Source: Verrucomicrobiota bacterium
GTDB lineage: Bacteria; Verrucomicrobiota; Verrucomicrobiia; Opitutales; Cerasicoccaceae
DNA length: 64,000 nt
Assembly (NCBI GenBank): GCA_039818205.1
Contig: JBCBUK010000001.1
Coordinates: forward strand, 32,001-96,000
Direction of reading: 5' to 3'
Positions 1 to 10,141 of this stretch are shown here, one piece after another. The notes beneath the pieces are model-generated. The model saw only the letters and a program-made list of their open reading frames with translations. It made no database searches and had not been told where the DNA came from. Positions within the stretch are counted from its first letter, which is position 1; the number at the start of each line of letters is the position of its first letter. The position numbers were made by a program, and so were the translations under genes.

Positions 1-165
1 CTCCATCTGCAGGAACAACAACTGAGCCACCACAGCATTGGCGACTTCGTCATAAATTGGGGTTCCCAGGAAGATAATACGGTCACGCAACAGACGGCTG
101 TAGATGTCGTCACGACGCTCTCCGCGGCCATCGCGCTCCGTTACAAATGGAATGATATAGCTCAT
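1..165 (-). CDS. clpP: ATP-dependent Clp protease proteolytic subunit (5' part; runs off window)
   Basis: Manual translation from ATG 165: [55 protein letters not shown], a typical ClpP N-terminus; directly downstream of tig. Confidence 0.93.
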   Translation of the reverse strand, partial: MSYIIPFVTERDGRGERRDDIYSRLLRDRIIFLGTPIYDEVANAVVAQLLFLQME

Positions 166-186
166 ATTAAAAGGTTTATACAAAGC

Positions 187-1518
187 CTAAGCTGGTTCTG
201 CCTCGGCTTCGACCTCTGTAACGTTCGCCTGTTCCACCAGAAAATCAAGTGTCTTCTGGAAAAGTATCGCACGTTGCAGCTCCTGCAATTGGTCCCGATT
301 CTTCTGCAGCTCTTTGACAATCTTGTCCGGCGGAGTCTGAGTTTGCATCGCTTGATTCATGATCGCGCGCTGCATGTCTTCGTTCTCAACGTTGATCTTC
401 TCTTTTTCGGCGATGTGGCCAAGAATGAGCTGAGTCTTCACTCGGTTAACCGCACCTTCGGAAGCCTGCTGAATAAGCTCTTCCTTGTTTTCTTCAAGTT
501 GCTCCTCGGTCGCACCCTGCTGCATCGCTTGCTGCATGTGCTGGCGCAAAATAACGTCACGCTCGCTGTCGATCGCGCTCTGCGGGACCGGGAAACTTAC
601 CTGAGCAATGAGGTTGTCAATCAGCTGCTTGCGCTTCTGGTCGCTGATGTGCTGTTCCTTTTGGCTCTTTATGTCATCGCGGATACGCTCTTCCCACTGT
701 TCCTCGGTTTCAACCTGGAAGGTCTTCAGAAACTCTTCGTCAAGCTCGGGTAGCTTCTTTTCGCGGACTTCGTGAACCTCGACCGAGTAGCTCGCGGACT
801 TGCCCTGAAGTGCCTCGATTTCGTGGTCTTCTGCAAAGGTTTCTTCAACGTCCTTTTTATCGCCCGCAGACATTCCCAGGATACCCTGGACAATTGCCTG
901 GATGCCCGGTGAATGCTCATCACCCGCTTGCTCCCAGGTATTTGTCTGGGTGCCGTAAATTGGTTTATCCTCGACCAGATCCGCGACACGCTCTTCGCCA
1001 ATCGTTCCTTCGTAAGAAACCTTCACATAGTCGCCCTGTTCCGCCGCTTTTTCGCAGACGTTGTATTCAGCACGCTGGTTCAGGATGTAATCCTTGGTTT
1101 GCTTAAATTCGTCCTCGGTCACCTCCATCTTCGGAACCGTGACATCAATTCCCTTGTACTCGGAAAGGTCGAAGGTTGGGCGAATATCGAACGTGAACGA
1201 CAATTCTGCGCCGGGAGAACCGGGCTCAATGTCGCCTCCATCCATTTCAACCACCGCATAGACGTTCAGACCGGATTCCTTAACACCCTCTTCGTAAGCG
1301 GTGCCAGTAACTTTCCGACTGAGTTCAGAGAGAAGCTCGTTCTTGTATTTACTCTTAATGAGGTTTTCTGGAGCCTTGCCGGGACGGAATCCTGGCAGTT
1401 TTGCACTGCTCGAAAACTGCTTGAGCAGTGACTTCTCTTCTTTCGCAATTTCCTCGCCAGAGACGCTGACGTGGACCTTTTTGCGTGTTTCGTTGACGTC
1501 TTCGACGGAAACTTTCAC
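187..1518 (-). CDS. tig: Trigger factor
   Basis: GFRPGKAP ribosome-binding signature, FKBP-like middle domain, tig-clpP order; GTG start. Confidence 0.96.
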   Translation of the reverse strand: MKVSVEDVNETRKKVHVSVSGEEIAKEEKSLLKQFSSSAKLPGFRPGKAPENLIKSKYKNELLSELSRKVTGTAYEEGVKESGLNVYAVVEMDGGDIEPGSPGAELSFTFDIRPTFDLSEYKGIDVTVPKMEVTEDEFKQTKDYILNQRAEYNVCEKAAEQGDYVKVSYEGTIGEERVADLVEDKPIYGTQTNTWEQAGDEHSPGIQAIVQGILGMSAGDKKDVEETFAEDHEIEALQGKSASYSVEVHEVREKKLPELDEEFLKTFQVETEEQWEERIRDDIKSQKEQHISDQKRKQLIDNLIAQVSFPVPQSAIDSERDVILRQHMQQAMQQGATEEQLEENKEELIQQASEGAVNRVKTQLILGHIAEKEKINVENEDMQRAIMNQAMQTQTPPDKIVKELQKNRDQLQELQRAILFQKTLDFLVEQANVTEVEAEAEPA

Positions 1519-1759
1519 GTGATTTCGGAGGTTACGGTGTTTTGAACTACTAATGACCTTGGTCGCGCCACCTGCGCATTACGGGTTTCCCAAGATGAAA
1601 AGCCGACCAAACAAACCAATCTAGCACCCGGAATCAAGCCCCGAATCGCGCTATTATTGCACACCTTTCCCGTACGTGATATGGTATGTTAGGAAAACCT
1701 GCTGAAGGCCTAGCATTGTCCGTCAAATCTGTTTCGCCAACGCTATCGAATGTTAAGTA

Positions 1760-2398
1760 ATGCTTATCAATTCACTAAATATAGTCTTTATATTAACCAC
1801 GCTCGTATCGAGTGCTTTGGCCAATTTTCATTTTACCGGGCCGATCGAGAGTCTCTTTCCTCTCCCGAATCAACTTGGAGAAAATTGGAAGCGCGATGTC
1901 ATTTACGAAGTGAACCAGAACAATGAAATCGCCCGATTTTTCCAGACAGCGTCATCATGGCCGGAAGGGGAAGACATCTCAGTCCCAACAACAACTCATG
2001 AACTCTATCGGAGGGAACACGAGATTGCCATCCTGGCCGACACCTCGTTTTACGAAATCCGCGCTAACGGAACGAAAGATACCTACCGCACATGGATTCT
2101 CATCTTCGACAGCCCCGATCAAACGCTAAGGTATTGGACTAGGCTCCATCGTGATCGTCTGGCGAAGCTGGCCCTACCAATCGAAACCGCGGGGTTTGAG
2201 TTCGACCGGGAAGGGGTCTATTCCACCGCATTTCGCCACGGAAACGTTTCTGTTTGGGTTTCCTCTGACGCCGATCGGAGCAAGGTTAAGGAAATTGCAG
2301 GTTTGATCTTTGAAAGACTAATTCAAAATAAACGGAACTTGAATGAGCCCGAAAGCGAATCTAAAGTAACAGACGATGAGCACCCCGCCGCTAACTGA
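1760..2398 (+). CDS. Hypothetical secreted protein
   Basis: 212 aa ORF with N-terminal signal peptide (…SSALA); no family recognised. Confidence 0.6.
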   Translation: MLINSLNIVFILTTLVSSALANFHFTGPIESLFPLPNQLGENWKRDVIYEVNQNNEIARFFQTASSWPEGEDISVPTTTHELYRREHEIAILADTSFYEIRANGTKDTYRTWILIFDSPDQTLRYWTRLHRDRLAKLALPIETAGFEFDREGVYSTAFRHGNVSVWVSSDADRSKVKEIAGLIFERLIQNKRNLNEPESESKVTDDEHPAAN

Positions 2399-2639
2399 TG
2401 ATCAGCTGAAAGAAATTTCAGATGCAATCATCGCAGGTCGTAAGATCGACGCGATTAAACAATACCGCGAGATCACCGGCACTGGCCTTGCGGAAGCCAA
2501 GCAGGCGATCGAGGAAATAACATCATCTTTAGCCGATGAGTATCCGGAACTCGCGCAGAAGTCCAGCGGCTGCATGTCTATCATCGTGCTCGGAATGGTC
2601 TCAGTTTATGCGCTGTATGAGCACCTCCCGTTTGTTTGA
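2376..2639 (+). CDS. Small protein with ribosomal L7/L12 C-terminal-like domain and C-terminal TM helix
   Basis: KIDAIKQYREITGTGLAEAKQAIE resembles the L7/L12 CTD motif; hydrophobic tail SGCMSIIVLGMVSVYAL. Confidence 0.75.
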   Translation: MSTPPLTDDQLKEISDAIIAGRKIDAIKQYREITGTGLAEAKQAIEEITSSLADEYPELAQKSSGCMSIIVLGMVSVYALYEHLPFV

Positions 2640-2781
2640 TAAAGATACTTTCCGCATCACCCAAATCCACAGAGTGCCGCTACCTCGCTGGTCAATAAAA
2701 ACGCCGATCCCTAAGCAAATCTAAGGGCTTGTTTGGATTTGACGAATGGCCACCAGCTCTGGATAGTAGCGGGTTTAAGCA

Positions 2782-3750
2782 ATGGAAAAACCCAAGCACA
2801 GCCTAGATTTTGAGAAGCCGATCCACGAGCTCCAGGTGCAGCTCGCGAATCTTCAGCGCATGTCCGAAGAGAGCCAACTCGACGTGACCTTGGAGATTAG
2901 CGCGATTGAGGCCAAGATAGAAGAGACCCGCCAACGTGTCCACGAAGGTTTGACGCCATGGCAGAAGGTCCAACTGGCGCGCCATCCGCAGCGCCCCTAC
3001 TCGCTTGATTACATCAAAGCAATTTTTGACGACTTTCAGGAGCTGCACGGCGACCGTCGCTACAAGGACGACCAAGCTATCGTAGGCGGCCCCGCATTTT
3101 TTGAAGGCCAACCCGTTATGGTGGTTGCTCAGCAAAAAGGCCGCTCCACCAAGGAGAACCTGGCTCGCAACTTCGGATGCGCAAACCCGGAAGGCTATCG
3201 CAAGGCGATGCGCTTGATGGAAATGGCTGAGAAGTTCAAGATGCCGGTCATCACGCTGATCGACACCCCTGGGGCGTATCCTGGAATCGGTGCCGAGGAG
3301 CGGCATGTGGCGGAAGCCATCGCATTCAACATTCGCGAAATGAGCGACCTCAAAACACCGATCATCAGTGTGGTTATCGGCGAAGGTGGTTCGGGCGGAG
3401 CCCTCGGTATTGCTGTCGCCGACCGCGTTTTGATTTTGACCAACGCCTACTATTCGGTGATCTCACCCGAAGGCTGCGCCGCAATCCTCTGGAAGGACCG
3501 CGCTCACGCGCCGCAAGCCGCAGAAGCGCTGAAGATCACCGCGGATCGCTTGGTGAGTCTGGGTGTGGTGGACGAAATTGTCGACGAACCACTTGGTGGC
3601 GCGCATATTGATCCTGAGAAAACAGCCGAAAACTTGAAAGCCGCGCTCTCCAAGAATCTCAAGGAGCTTTCGGCCAAGAGCCTCAACTCATTGCTCGAGG
3701 GACGCTACCAAAAGTTCCGCAGTATGGGGCAGTTTGCGGAAGTTCAGTAA
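2782..3750 (+). CDS. accA: Acetyl-CoA carboxylase carboxyltransferase alpha subunit
   Basis: LDFEKPI, ARHPQRP, ELHGDR, IDTPGAYPG, GEGGSGGAL motifs. Confidence 0.97.
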   Translation: MEKPKHSLDFEKPIHELQVQLANLQRMSEESQLDVTLEISAIEAKIEETRQRVHEGLTPWQKVQLARHPQRPYSLDYIKAIFDDFQELHGDRRYKDDQAIVGGPAFFEGQPVMVVAQQKGRSTKENLARNFGCANPEGYRKAMRLMEMAEKFKMPVITLIDTPGAYPGIGAEERHVAEAIAFNIREMSDLKTPIISVVIGEGGSGGALGIAVADRVLILTNAYYSVISPEGCAAILWKDRAHAPQAAEALKITADRLVSLGVVDEIVDEPLGGAHIDPEKTAENLKAALSKNLKELSAKSLNSLLEGRYQKFRSMGQFAEVQ

Positions 3751-3809
3751 AGACACGCTGGACAGCATCCGGTGAGAAGGCGTATTAACCTTTGCTCCAG
3801 ATTGTTGCT

Positions 3810-4559
3810 ATGTCTGCTACTGATCCACCACTCATTATTGATTATGTTGCCGAGGCGATCCTGGGGCAGTTGGACGATAAGCCAATGCGCCACCTCGACA
3901 TCTCGGCTGGTTGGGGACACCTGATCCGCCGGCTCAATGAATCGCGCCCCAATTGGGAATCGGAAGCCTGCGATTTCGAGCTGATGCCGGAGCTTGGCGA
4001 TATCCCAGGGAAGACTGCGAATCTCAACACCGAAGATCTCCCCTTTCCCGACAACACATTTGACCTGGTCACCTGTACGGAGGCTTTTGAGCATATCGAG
4101 AACTACCATCGGGTCGTCCGCGAGGTGCAACGCATCCTCAAGCCCGGCGGTATCTTCTTTGTCTCCGTCCCAAATATGCTAAGCCTGCGTTCACGGTGGA
4201 TCTTTGCCACCCGCGGGCTTTTCCTGTTCTACGATGCACTGCCAACCGCGCAAGACATGGGCAAAGATGCCTGGATGCGTCACATTTCGCCAATCACCTT
4301 TTTCCACTTAGGTTTATCCATGCTGGATAATGGCCTTGAGGACGTTCAGCACTACCCGGGAAAAGTGCAAAAATTCTCCGCGGCATTCTATTGGCTGGCC
4401 TCCCCAATCGCTAAATGGGCATCCGCAAACGCCAAGAACCGCCGGGACCGCAAAGGTCGGTCTATTTCGGCCGTCAGCGACGCGCTCGCGGCACAACATC
4501 ACTCTTGGAACGTGATGACCAGCCGCACGCTCATTGCCTCCGCAAGAAAGCCAAAGTAA
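3810..4559 (+). CDS. Class I SAM-dependent methyltransferase
   Basis: LDISAGWG motif I, LPFPDNTFDLV, EHI, RILKPGG; ATG 3810 preferred over TTG 3792. Confidence 0.85.
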   Translation: MSATDPPLIIDYVAEAILGQLDDKPMRHLDISAGWGHLIRRLNESRPNWESEACDFELMPELGDIPGKTANLNTEDLPFPDNTFDLVTCTEAFEHIENYHRVVREVQRILKPGGIFFVSVPNMLSLRSRWIFATRGLFLFYDALPTAQDMGKDAWMRHISPITFFHLGLSMLDNGLEDVQHYPGKVQKFSAAFYWLASPIAKWASANAKNRRDRKGRSISAVSDALAAQHHSWNVMTSRTLIASARKPK

Positions 4560-4650
4560 CCAGGCGCTGCGCATTTGGAGTCGTTTTCCCTTAGGAAAAT
4601 GGGGAATATACGGGCTTCCCCTGCTGACAGATAGAGGTTAGTTTGAGTTT

Positions 4651-5208
4651 ATGACTCTGGAAGAACGTCTTGACCGCCACTTAAAGAAAACTCCGGACAT
4701 TGATCCCACCGCCTATGTCGCGCCACAAGCGACCGTGATCGGTGATGTCACCATGAAAGCCCACAGTAGCGCCTGGCCGAGCACTGTTCTGCGAGGCGAC
4801 ATCAATTCAATCATCATCGGAGAAGGCAGCAACGTCCAAGACGGCACGGTGGTGCACCTCGCGGATGACTATGGAGTCGTCGTTGGCGACTATGTGACGA
4901 TCGGACACCTGGCGATGATCCATGCCTGCACCATCGGCGATGAGTGCCTGGTCGGTATGCATAGCACGATCCTCGATGGCGCCGTGATTGGGCCGCGTTG
5001 TGTGATCGGTGCGGGTGCGCTTGTCGTGAAAGGATTTGAGGCTCCCGAAGGCTCAGTGATCATGGGCGTTCCGGGTAAGATCGTGAAAACCCTGACCGCC
5101 GACGAGCAGGCTCAGCTTCGCGGCTGGGCGGAGAAATACGTTAAGGTATCAGCCGCCCATAAGGGCGAAGACACGCCTTCGCAGACACGTCCCCCATTTT
5201 TAATCTAG
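4651..5208 (+). CDS. Gamma carbonic anhydrase family protein
   Basis: LRGD, NVQDGTVVH, TIGH, IHAC metal-ligand motifs in hexapeptide repeats. Confidence 0.92.
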   Translation: MTLEERLDRHLKKTPDIDPTAYVAPQATVIGDVTMKAHSSAWPSTVLRGDINSIIIGEGSNVQDGTVVHLADDYGVVVGDYVTIGHLAMIHACTIGDECLVGMHSTILDGAVIGPRCVIGAGALVVKGFEAPEGSVIMGVPGKIVKTLTADEQAQLRGWAEKYVKVSAAHKGEDTPSQTRPPFLI

Positions 5209-5258
5209 GTTTCGCCGCCACCAACTTGCAAACATCGGGCGCTCAGCATTATTAAACT

Positions 5259-6014
5259 ATGGCTGAAACCCCTGAACACGGAACGATTTACATTGCAGGA
5301 ATTACGGGAAGCATTGGCTCGCAGCTAGCGGAGCGGCTCCTAAACCAAGGCTGGACCGTTGCCGGTTTTGCCCGAAGCGCCGATCGCATTGCCGAACTCA
5401 AAGAACGACTGCCAAACCTAAATGTGGTCGAAGCAGACGCAACCGATTCAGAGGCAGTCAAGCAAGCCTTTGCTCAGCTCGGCGAGTTGGTGGGGCCACC
5501 GACTGCTTACGTTCACGCGGTTGGTTCCATCCTGTTGAAGGGCGCCCACCAGACCAAAGACGATGAGTGGCACCGCACAATTGATCTGAACCTCAACTCC
5601 GCATTCTATGGCTTGCGGGCAGCGATTACCGCTATCAAGAAAAACGGTAGCATCACCTTGATTAGTTCAACGGCTGCCCATGTTGGCTTGCCTAGCCATG
5701 AGGCAATCGCTGCCGCGAAAGGTGGTGTCGATGCGCTTGCCCGAAGTGCCGCTGCGACCTATGCCAACAAAGGCATCCGCGTCAACACGGTCGCGCTTGG
5801 GCTCGTCGAGTCGAACATGAGCCAACCGATCATCGCTTCGGAAACCGGCCGCAAGGTATCAGAGTCAATGCATCCGCTTGGTCGAATAGGCCTGCCCAAC
5901 GATGCCGCCTCTATGATCGCTTTTCTGGTTGCCGATGAGGCAAGCTGGATCAGCGGCCAAAATTTTGTCGTCGATGGCGGCATGTCCTCCCTGAGGCAGC
6001 GACCGAAAGTCTAG
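5259..6014 (+). CDS. SDR family oxidoreductase
   Basis: GITGSIG Rossmann motif, IRVNTVA, GQNFVVDGG; catalytic YxxxK appears as IAAAK. Confidence 0.88.
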   Translation: MAETPEHGTIYIAGITGSIGSQLAERLLNQGWTVAGFARSADRIAELKERLPNLNVVEADATDSEAVKQAFAQLGELVGPPTAYVHAVGSILLKGAHQTKDDEWHRTIDLNLNSAFYGLRAAITAIKKNGSITLISSTAAHVGLPSHEAIAAAKGGVDALARSAAATYANKGIRVNTVALGLVESNMSQPIIASETGRKVSESMHPLGRIGLPNDAASMIAFLVADEASWISGQNFVVDGGMSSLRQRPKV

Positions 6015-6799
6015 AACTCCGGCACTTCAAACTCGATCAACACCGGTCGATGGTCCGAGAAATAGCCAGGCAGCACCTCACAACGCAGTTTTTGGTAGGG
6101 CTCAGGCAGAAATACGAAGTCGATCGCCTTCCGCGGAAAGTGAGCCGGAAAGGTAAAGTCGGACTCAGGATACCGGTGATACTGCCGGTGCGCAAGGATG
6201 TGCGCAAAGAGGTGATTTACGGCATCTTTTTTTGGCTCTGAACGGCTGTTAAAATCACCACAGATAATCGGCGACAACGGATCTCCATTGGAGCCCGGAT
6301 GCTCTCGATCAACAATGTAGTCGACGATACGCTCGACCTGCTCGAGCCGCTTCTTGCGGGACTTAAAATCCAAGTGCAGATTCAACAGCGGCAACAGGTG
6401 ACCTCGATAATCCACCTCCGCATACAAGAAGCCTTTCTCGCCCAAGGTTGCCTGACCAAAGGCTTGGTTCTCCCAATGATGCAGAGGAAAACGGGACAAG
6501 ATTGCGTTGCCATAAGCCAGCGGACGCGGTCCCGTCCGGCGATTGTTCACCCCGATCTCGGCATGCTCCAAACCACAACTCTCGCGGATTTCATGCAAGA
6601 GGTTAATGTTCCAGTTCCAATGCGAATCCTCGTCCACCTCTTGAAGTGCGACGATGTCTGCATTGACGTTCCGCAACAACTCGCCAATCGCCGCCAGGTT
6701 CTTTCGAATCTTCTTTGGCGGACTAAATTTCTGGTAAAGAGAGAGACCCCGGCCATGCGCAATGTTGAAGGTAACGAGTCTCAGTTTTTCTGCCACCAC
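6011..6799 (-). CDS. Endonuclease/exonuclease/phosphatase family protein
   Basis: TFNI, LQEVD, GNAILSR, GDFN, SDHRPV motifs. Confidence 0.9.
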   Translation of the reverse strand: MVAEKLRLVTFNIAHGRGLSLYQKFSPPKKIRKNLAAIGELLRNVNADIVALQEVDEDSHWNWNINLLHEIRESCGLEHAEIGVNNRRTGPRPLAYGNAILSRFPLHHWENQAFGQATLGEKGFLYAEVDYRGHLLPLLNLHLDFKSRKKRLEQVERIVDYIVDREHPGSNGDPLSPIICGDFNSRSEPKKDAVNHLFAHILAHRQYHRYPESDFTFPAHFPRKAIDFVFLPEPYQKLRCEVLPGYFSDHRPVLIEFEVPEF

Positions 6800-7002
6800 A
6801 CCAACCTTGGGATTTTTTTCTGGGGTGACAAGCCCATGTACCTGTCTAACCCATCAAGAACCGGTTTTTCCAATTTCTTGCAGCTACCAATATCCAAATT
6901 CAGATTGAAGCCTCGGGTCCAAGTGGCTATAAAAACCACTAACCGGTCTTTGCCTGCCGAGTCATTCAATCCGCACCGCGAAACCGAAAAATCCATCATA
7001 CT

Positions 7003-7545
7003 ATGCGCCACCTGTTTAAAGCAATTACCTTCGTCTTGATTTGCCTTCCCCTCGCCGCGAGTGCGAACAAGAACGCGATCGTCCAACACGCCCACGAACT
7101 CGCCAAACGCATCGAAAGGGCCCTTCACAAAAACGAACTGACCCAGCCTCAGATCTATACTTACCTGACCGAAATGGTCACCTTCGATGATCGGATCTAT
7201 GGCTCCGCGCTGGCATTCAATCCAAGCTTTCTCCACGGACATGCGTTCTTCCTCGAGCACAATGTCACCGAGGATGGCCGTCTGCTCTACAGTCCCTACA
7301 TTTTTCGAAACAAAGAACGTTTGCTGAAAGCAATCGACATCGGAAACATATCCGAGAAATACGGCTACGATTACGCCTCCTGGGACTGGTATAAGACTCC
7401 CATGGAAACCCAGCAACCAAACTGGACCAAGCCATATTTTGACGACGGTGGCGGCGGAATTGAAATGGTTACCTATTCAATCCCAATCGGCGAGATCGCC
7501 ATCCTTACCTTCGACCTACCCCACGAAGAAGAGCCCGCAAAGTAG
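7003..7545 (+). CDS. Secreted stand-alone Cache-like sensor domain protein
   Basis: Signal peptide, then YSPY…DWY…WTKPYFDDGGGGIEMVTYSIP, a dCache-like motif; no TM or output domain. Confidence 0.7.
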   Translation: MRHLFKAITFVLICLPLAASANKNAIVQHAHELAKRIERALHKNELTQPQIYTYLTEMVTFDDRIYGSALAFNPSFLHGHAFFLEHNVTEDGRLLYSPYIFRNKERLLKAIDIGNISEKYGYDYASWDWYKTPMETQQPNWTKPYFDDGGGGIEMVTYSIPIGEIAILTFDLPHEEEPAK

Positions 7546-7578
7546 CGGACTCTTTCCAGAAGGTATCAACGAGCAGCA

Positions 7579-8994
7579 CTAGTGGCCCGCCGGGGCGTCC
7601 AGGTAGTGGCCTTCGATTAGGGCGTTATAGCCCGCGTATTTGTAGAGCTCGTGCAAGGTCGGCATGTTGTAGACGCGATTGATCACGGTCTCGATTGTCG
7701 CCTTGTTATCGACGAGTGCCATGCCGTAGTGGATGAGCTCTGTGGCGATCTTACCCATAATGTGAACACCAATGACCGCCTCGGTTTCCTTGTTGATAAT
7801 CAACTTCAGGAGGCCCTCTTTTGCGCCCATGATCTTACCCCGTGGCATATCAACGTAGCGAGCGCGCCCGACCACGTAATCGATGCCCTTCTCTGCCGCT
7901 TCTTCTTCGGTCAAGCCATAGACGCTGACTTCTGGGATCGTGTAGATACCGTAGGGGAAACTTGCGGTTAGCTCAAGCTGCTCACCGAATCCAAACATGT
8001 GGGAAACGGCAACACGGCCCTGATCCATCCCGGTACTGGCGAGGGATGGGAAACCGATCACGTCGCCAACGGCGTAAATTGATGGCACCGTCGTCTTATA
8101 CTCATGGTCAACAACAATGGCTCCGCGCTTTCCGAGCTCCACGCCAACGTCTTCCAAACCAAGCCCGGCAGAAACGGCGGAACGGCCAGCTGCATAAAGG
8201 AACATGTCGGCCTGAATGGGCTCACCATCGGTCAGAGTTGCGTGGACATTAAACTCGTGCTCGTCCGGAAGAATCGTCACCTCCTCCACGCGCTGATTCA
8301 TCACGAATTCGATGCCGTCCTCCTTCATTTTATCCACGAGCTGGTCGCGGATCTCCTTATCGAGGAAAGTCAGGATCTCCTCACGGCTATTCACTAGGGA
8401 TACCTTTGTCCCCATCACCGCAAAAATCGTAGCGTATTCACAACCGATCACCCCGGCACCGACAATCACGAGAGATTTCGGAATGCCTTTGATATTCAAA
8501 ATAGTGTCAGAATCATGGACAAATTTGCCATCGAAGGGAATGCCCGGTGGCTGGAATGGGAATGAGCCCGTGGCGATTAGGATGTGGTCCGCTCCGATGA
8601 TTTCATCGTCCACCCCGTGACATTGAACCCGATTCGGCCCAATAACGCTGCCCTTCCCCTTGAACACATCAATATTGTGCAGGACAAAATTCTTCTCGAT
8701 GCCCAATTCCTGCCAATCTTGGACCTCATTCTTGCGGAAAAAGAAGTCTTCGGCGTCAGCGGCTCGTTTGAGCTTCTTGTCCACACCGAAAAGCCCATGT
8801 TCGTTGATGCCCGAATAGTAGAGCGCCGTTTCTTTGAGAGTCTTCGACGGCAAGGTTCCGGTGTTAGTTCCGGCGCCTCCCAGCATCGACTCCTTCTCAA
8901 TCACGGCGACATTCTTACCGTGATAGGCGGCTTTCACCGCTGCTTTCTCCCCCGCCGGGCCGGACCCGATGACAACAAGATCATAGTGCTTCAT
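7579..8994 (-). CDS. sthA: Soluble (Si-specific) NAD(P)+ transhydrogenase
   Basis: IGSGPAG FAD motif, TGTLPSKTL (no redox CxxxxC), GAGVIGCEYA, GDVIGFPSLAST, GIYTIPE. Confidence 0.9.
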   Translation of the reverse strand: MKHYDLVVIGSGPAGEKAAVKAAYHGKNVAVIEKESMLGGAGTNTGTLPSKTLKETALYYSGINEHGLFGVDKKLKRAADAEDFFFRKNEVQDWQELGIEKNFVLHNIDVFKGKGSVIGPNRVQCHGVDDEIIGADHILIATGSFPFQPPGIPFDGKFVHDSDTILNIKGIPKSLVIVGAGVIGCEYATIFAVMGTKVSLVNSREEILTFLDKEIRDQLVDKMKEDGIEFVMNQRVEEVTILPDEHEFNVHATLTDGEPIQADMFLYAAGRSAVSAGLGLEDVGVELGKRGAIVVDHEYKTTVPSIYAVGDVIGFPSLASTGMDQGRVAVSHMFGFGEQLELTASFPYGIYTIPEVSVYGLTEEEAAEKGIDYVVGRARYVDMPRGKIMGAKEGLLKLIINKETEAVIGVHIMGKIATELIHYGMALVDNKATIETVINRVYNMPTLHELYKYAGYNALIEGHYLDAPAGH

Positions 8995-9095
8995 GGCAGA
9001 AACAAGCTAAAGCGATGCCCAGCCCCAAGGAAAGCCCGAAACAGCTGTCGGACAAATTTAAGGTCGGAGAATTGGAATGATAACAGCGGGAGTGG

Positions 9096-9290
9096 CTACT
9101 CCTGGGAGACGAGGAGATGGATATCAGCCGGTTGCGGGCGGTTGCGACCGACAAAACACTCGTCTAAGGCGTCATTGATATTGGAATGAAGTTCCTTTAG
9201 ATCAACACCTTGTGTGAATATGCTTTCACTGTGGCAGGAAGCGGTGAGATTACCATCCTGCTGTTGCTTAACTTCAAATATTAACCCCAT
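9096..9290 (-). CDS. Small HicB-like fold protein
   Basis: 64 aa; IFEV…DG…ASC…IFTQG…ELHSNINDALDECF pattern resembles the HicB N-terminal fold. Confidence 0.6.
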   Translation of the reverse strand: MGLIFEVKQQQDGNLTASCHSESIFTQGVDLKELHSNINDALDECFVGRNRPQPADIHLLVSQE

Positions 9291-9421
9291 GATGAAACGA
9301 GTAAGTTACAGAATTGCGAAGTCTAATGCAATTAAGACTTTGTTATTATGAAAATGTTTCTTCTTTTTTTACAGAGGATCATTATATCACCGAATACTGA
9401 GGTAATCGAACCAATATACTC

Positions 9422-10141
9422 ATGAAGCTAAAAAAACCCACCGCAGTCACCGTCAAGCGGGTGTTGATCGGAATTGCCGTCATCATCGCTCTACTCGTGG
9501 TGGGAGATCAGATTGCGCCGCACATCCCTGCGGCTGAGAAATGGATCCAGGATCAGGGAGTACTCGCTCCGGTGATCTACATCCTCTTGGTCTGCTTACT
9601 CACCTTGCTTTGTTTCCCGATGGACGTGCTTTTTGTCGCTGCCGGGATGATATTTGGCCTTTGGTGGGGGACCCTCTATCTGACAATCGCCACGACCGTT
9701 AGCCAAATGATTGTCTTCCTAGTATCGCGGTATCTGCTGCGGCATCGCGTCGAAAACTGGCTCGTTGACAATCAGAAAATGCGAATCCTGAACCGCGCTA
9801 TCGAACACAAAGGTGCCCAGCTTCTTTTTCTGATCCGGATGGCGCCCATCCCAGCATCGCCGGTCAGTTACTTGATGGGGGTTAGCTCCATGCGATTTGG
9901 GAAATTTGTATTGGCGAGCACAGGGCTCCTCCCAGTAGCATTTGCCTCCATGTATTTTGGCCATGCCGCGATCCATGCGATCGACGATGCAAATAACCCT
10001 AAGGCAAGCTTCGGATGGGACGATGCGTTGCTCTACATGGGCGCGTTCGCATCGATTATTGGGGTCGCCTACATTGGACACACCGCGCGCAACGCGATCA
10101 TCCGAGCCGAAAAGGAAGAAGCCGCCCTCGCCGAGACCTAA
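9422..10141 (+). CDS. TVP38/TMEM64 (DedA/VTT) family membrane protein
   Basis: AGMIFGLWWG, LIRMAPIP motifs, several TM helices. Confidence 0.87.
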   Translation: MKLKKPTAVTVKRVLIGIAVIIALLVVGDQIAPHIPAAEKWIQDQGVLAPVIYILLVCLLTLLCFPMDVLFVAAGMIFGLWWGTLYLTIATTVSQMIVFLVSRYLLRHRVENWLVDNQKMRILNRAIEHKGAQLLFLIRMAPIPASPVSYLMGVSSMRFGKFVLASTGLLPVAFASMYFGHAAIHAIDDANNPKASFGWDDALLYMGAFASIIGVAYIGHTARNAIIRAEKEEAALAET

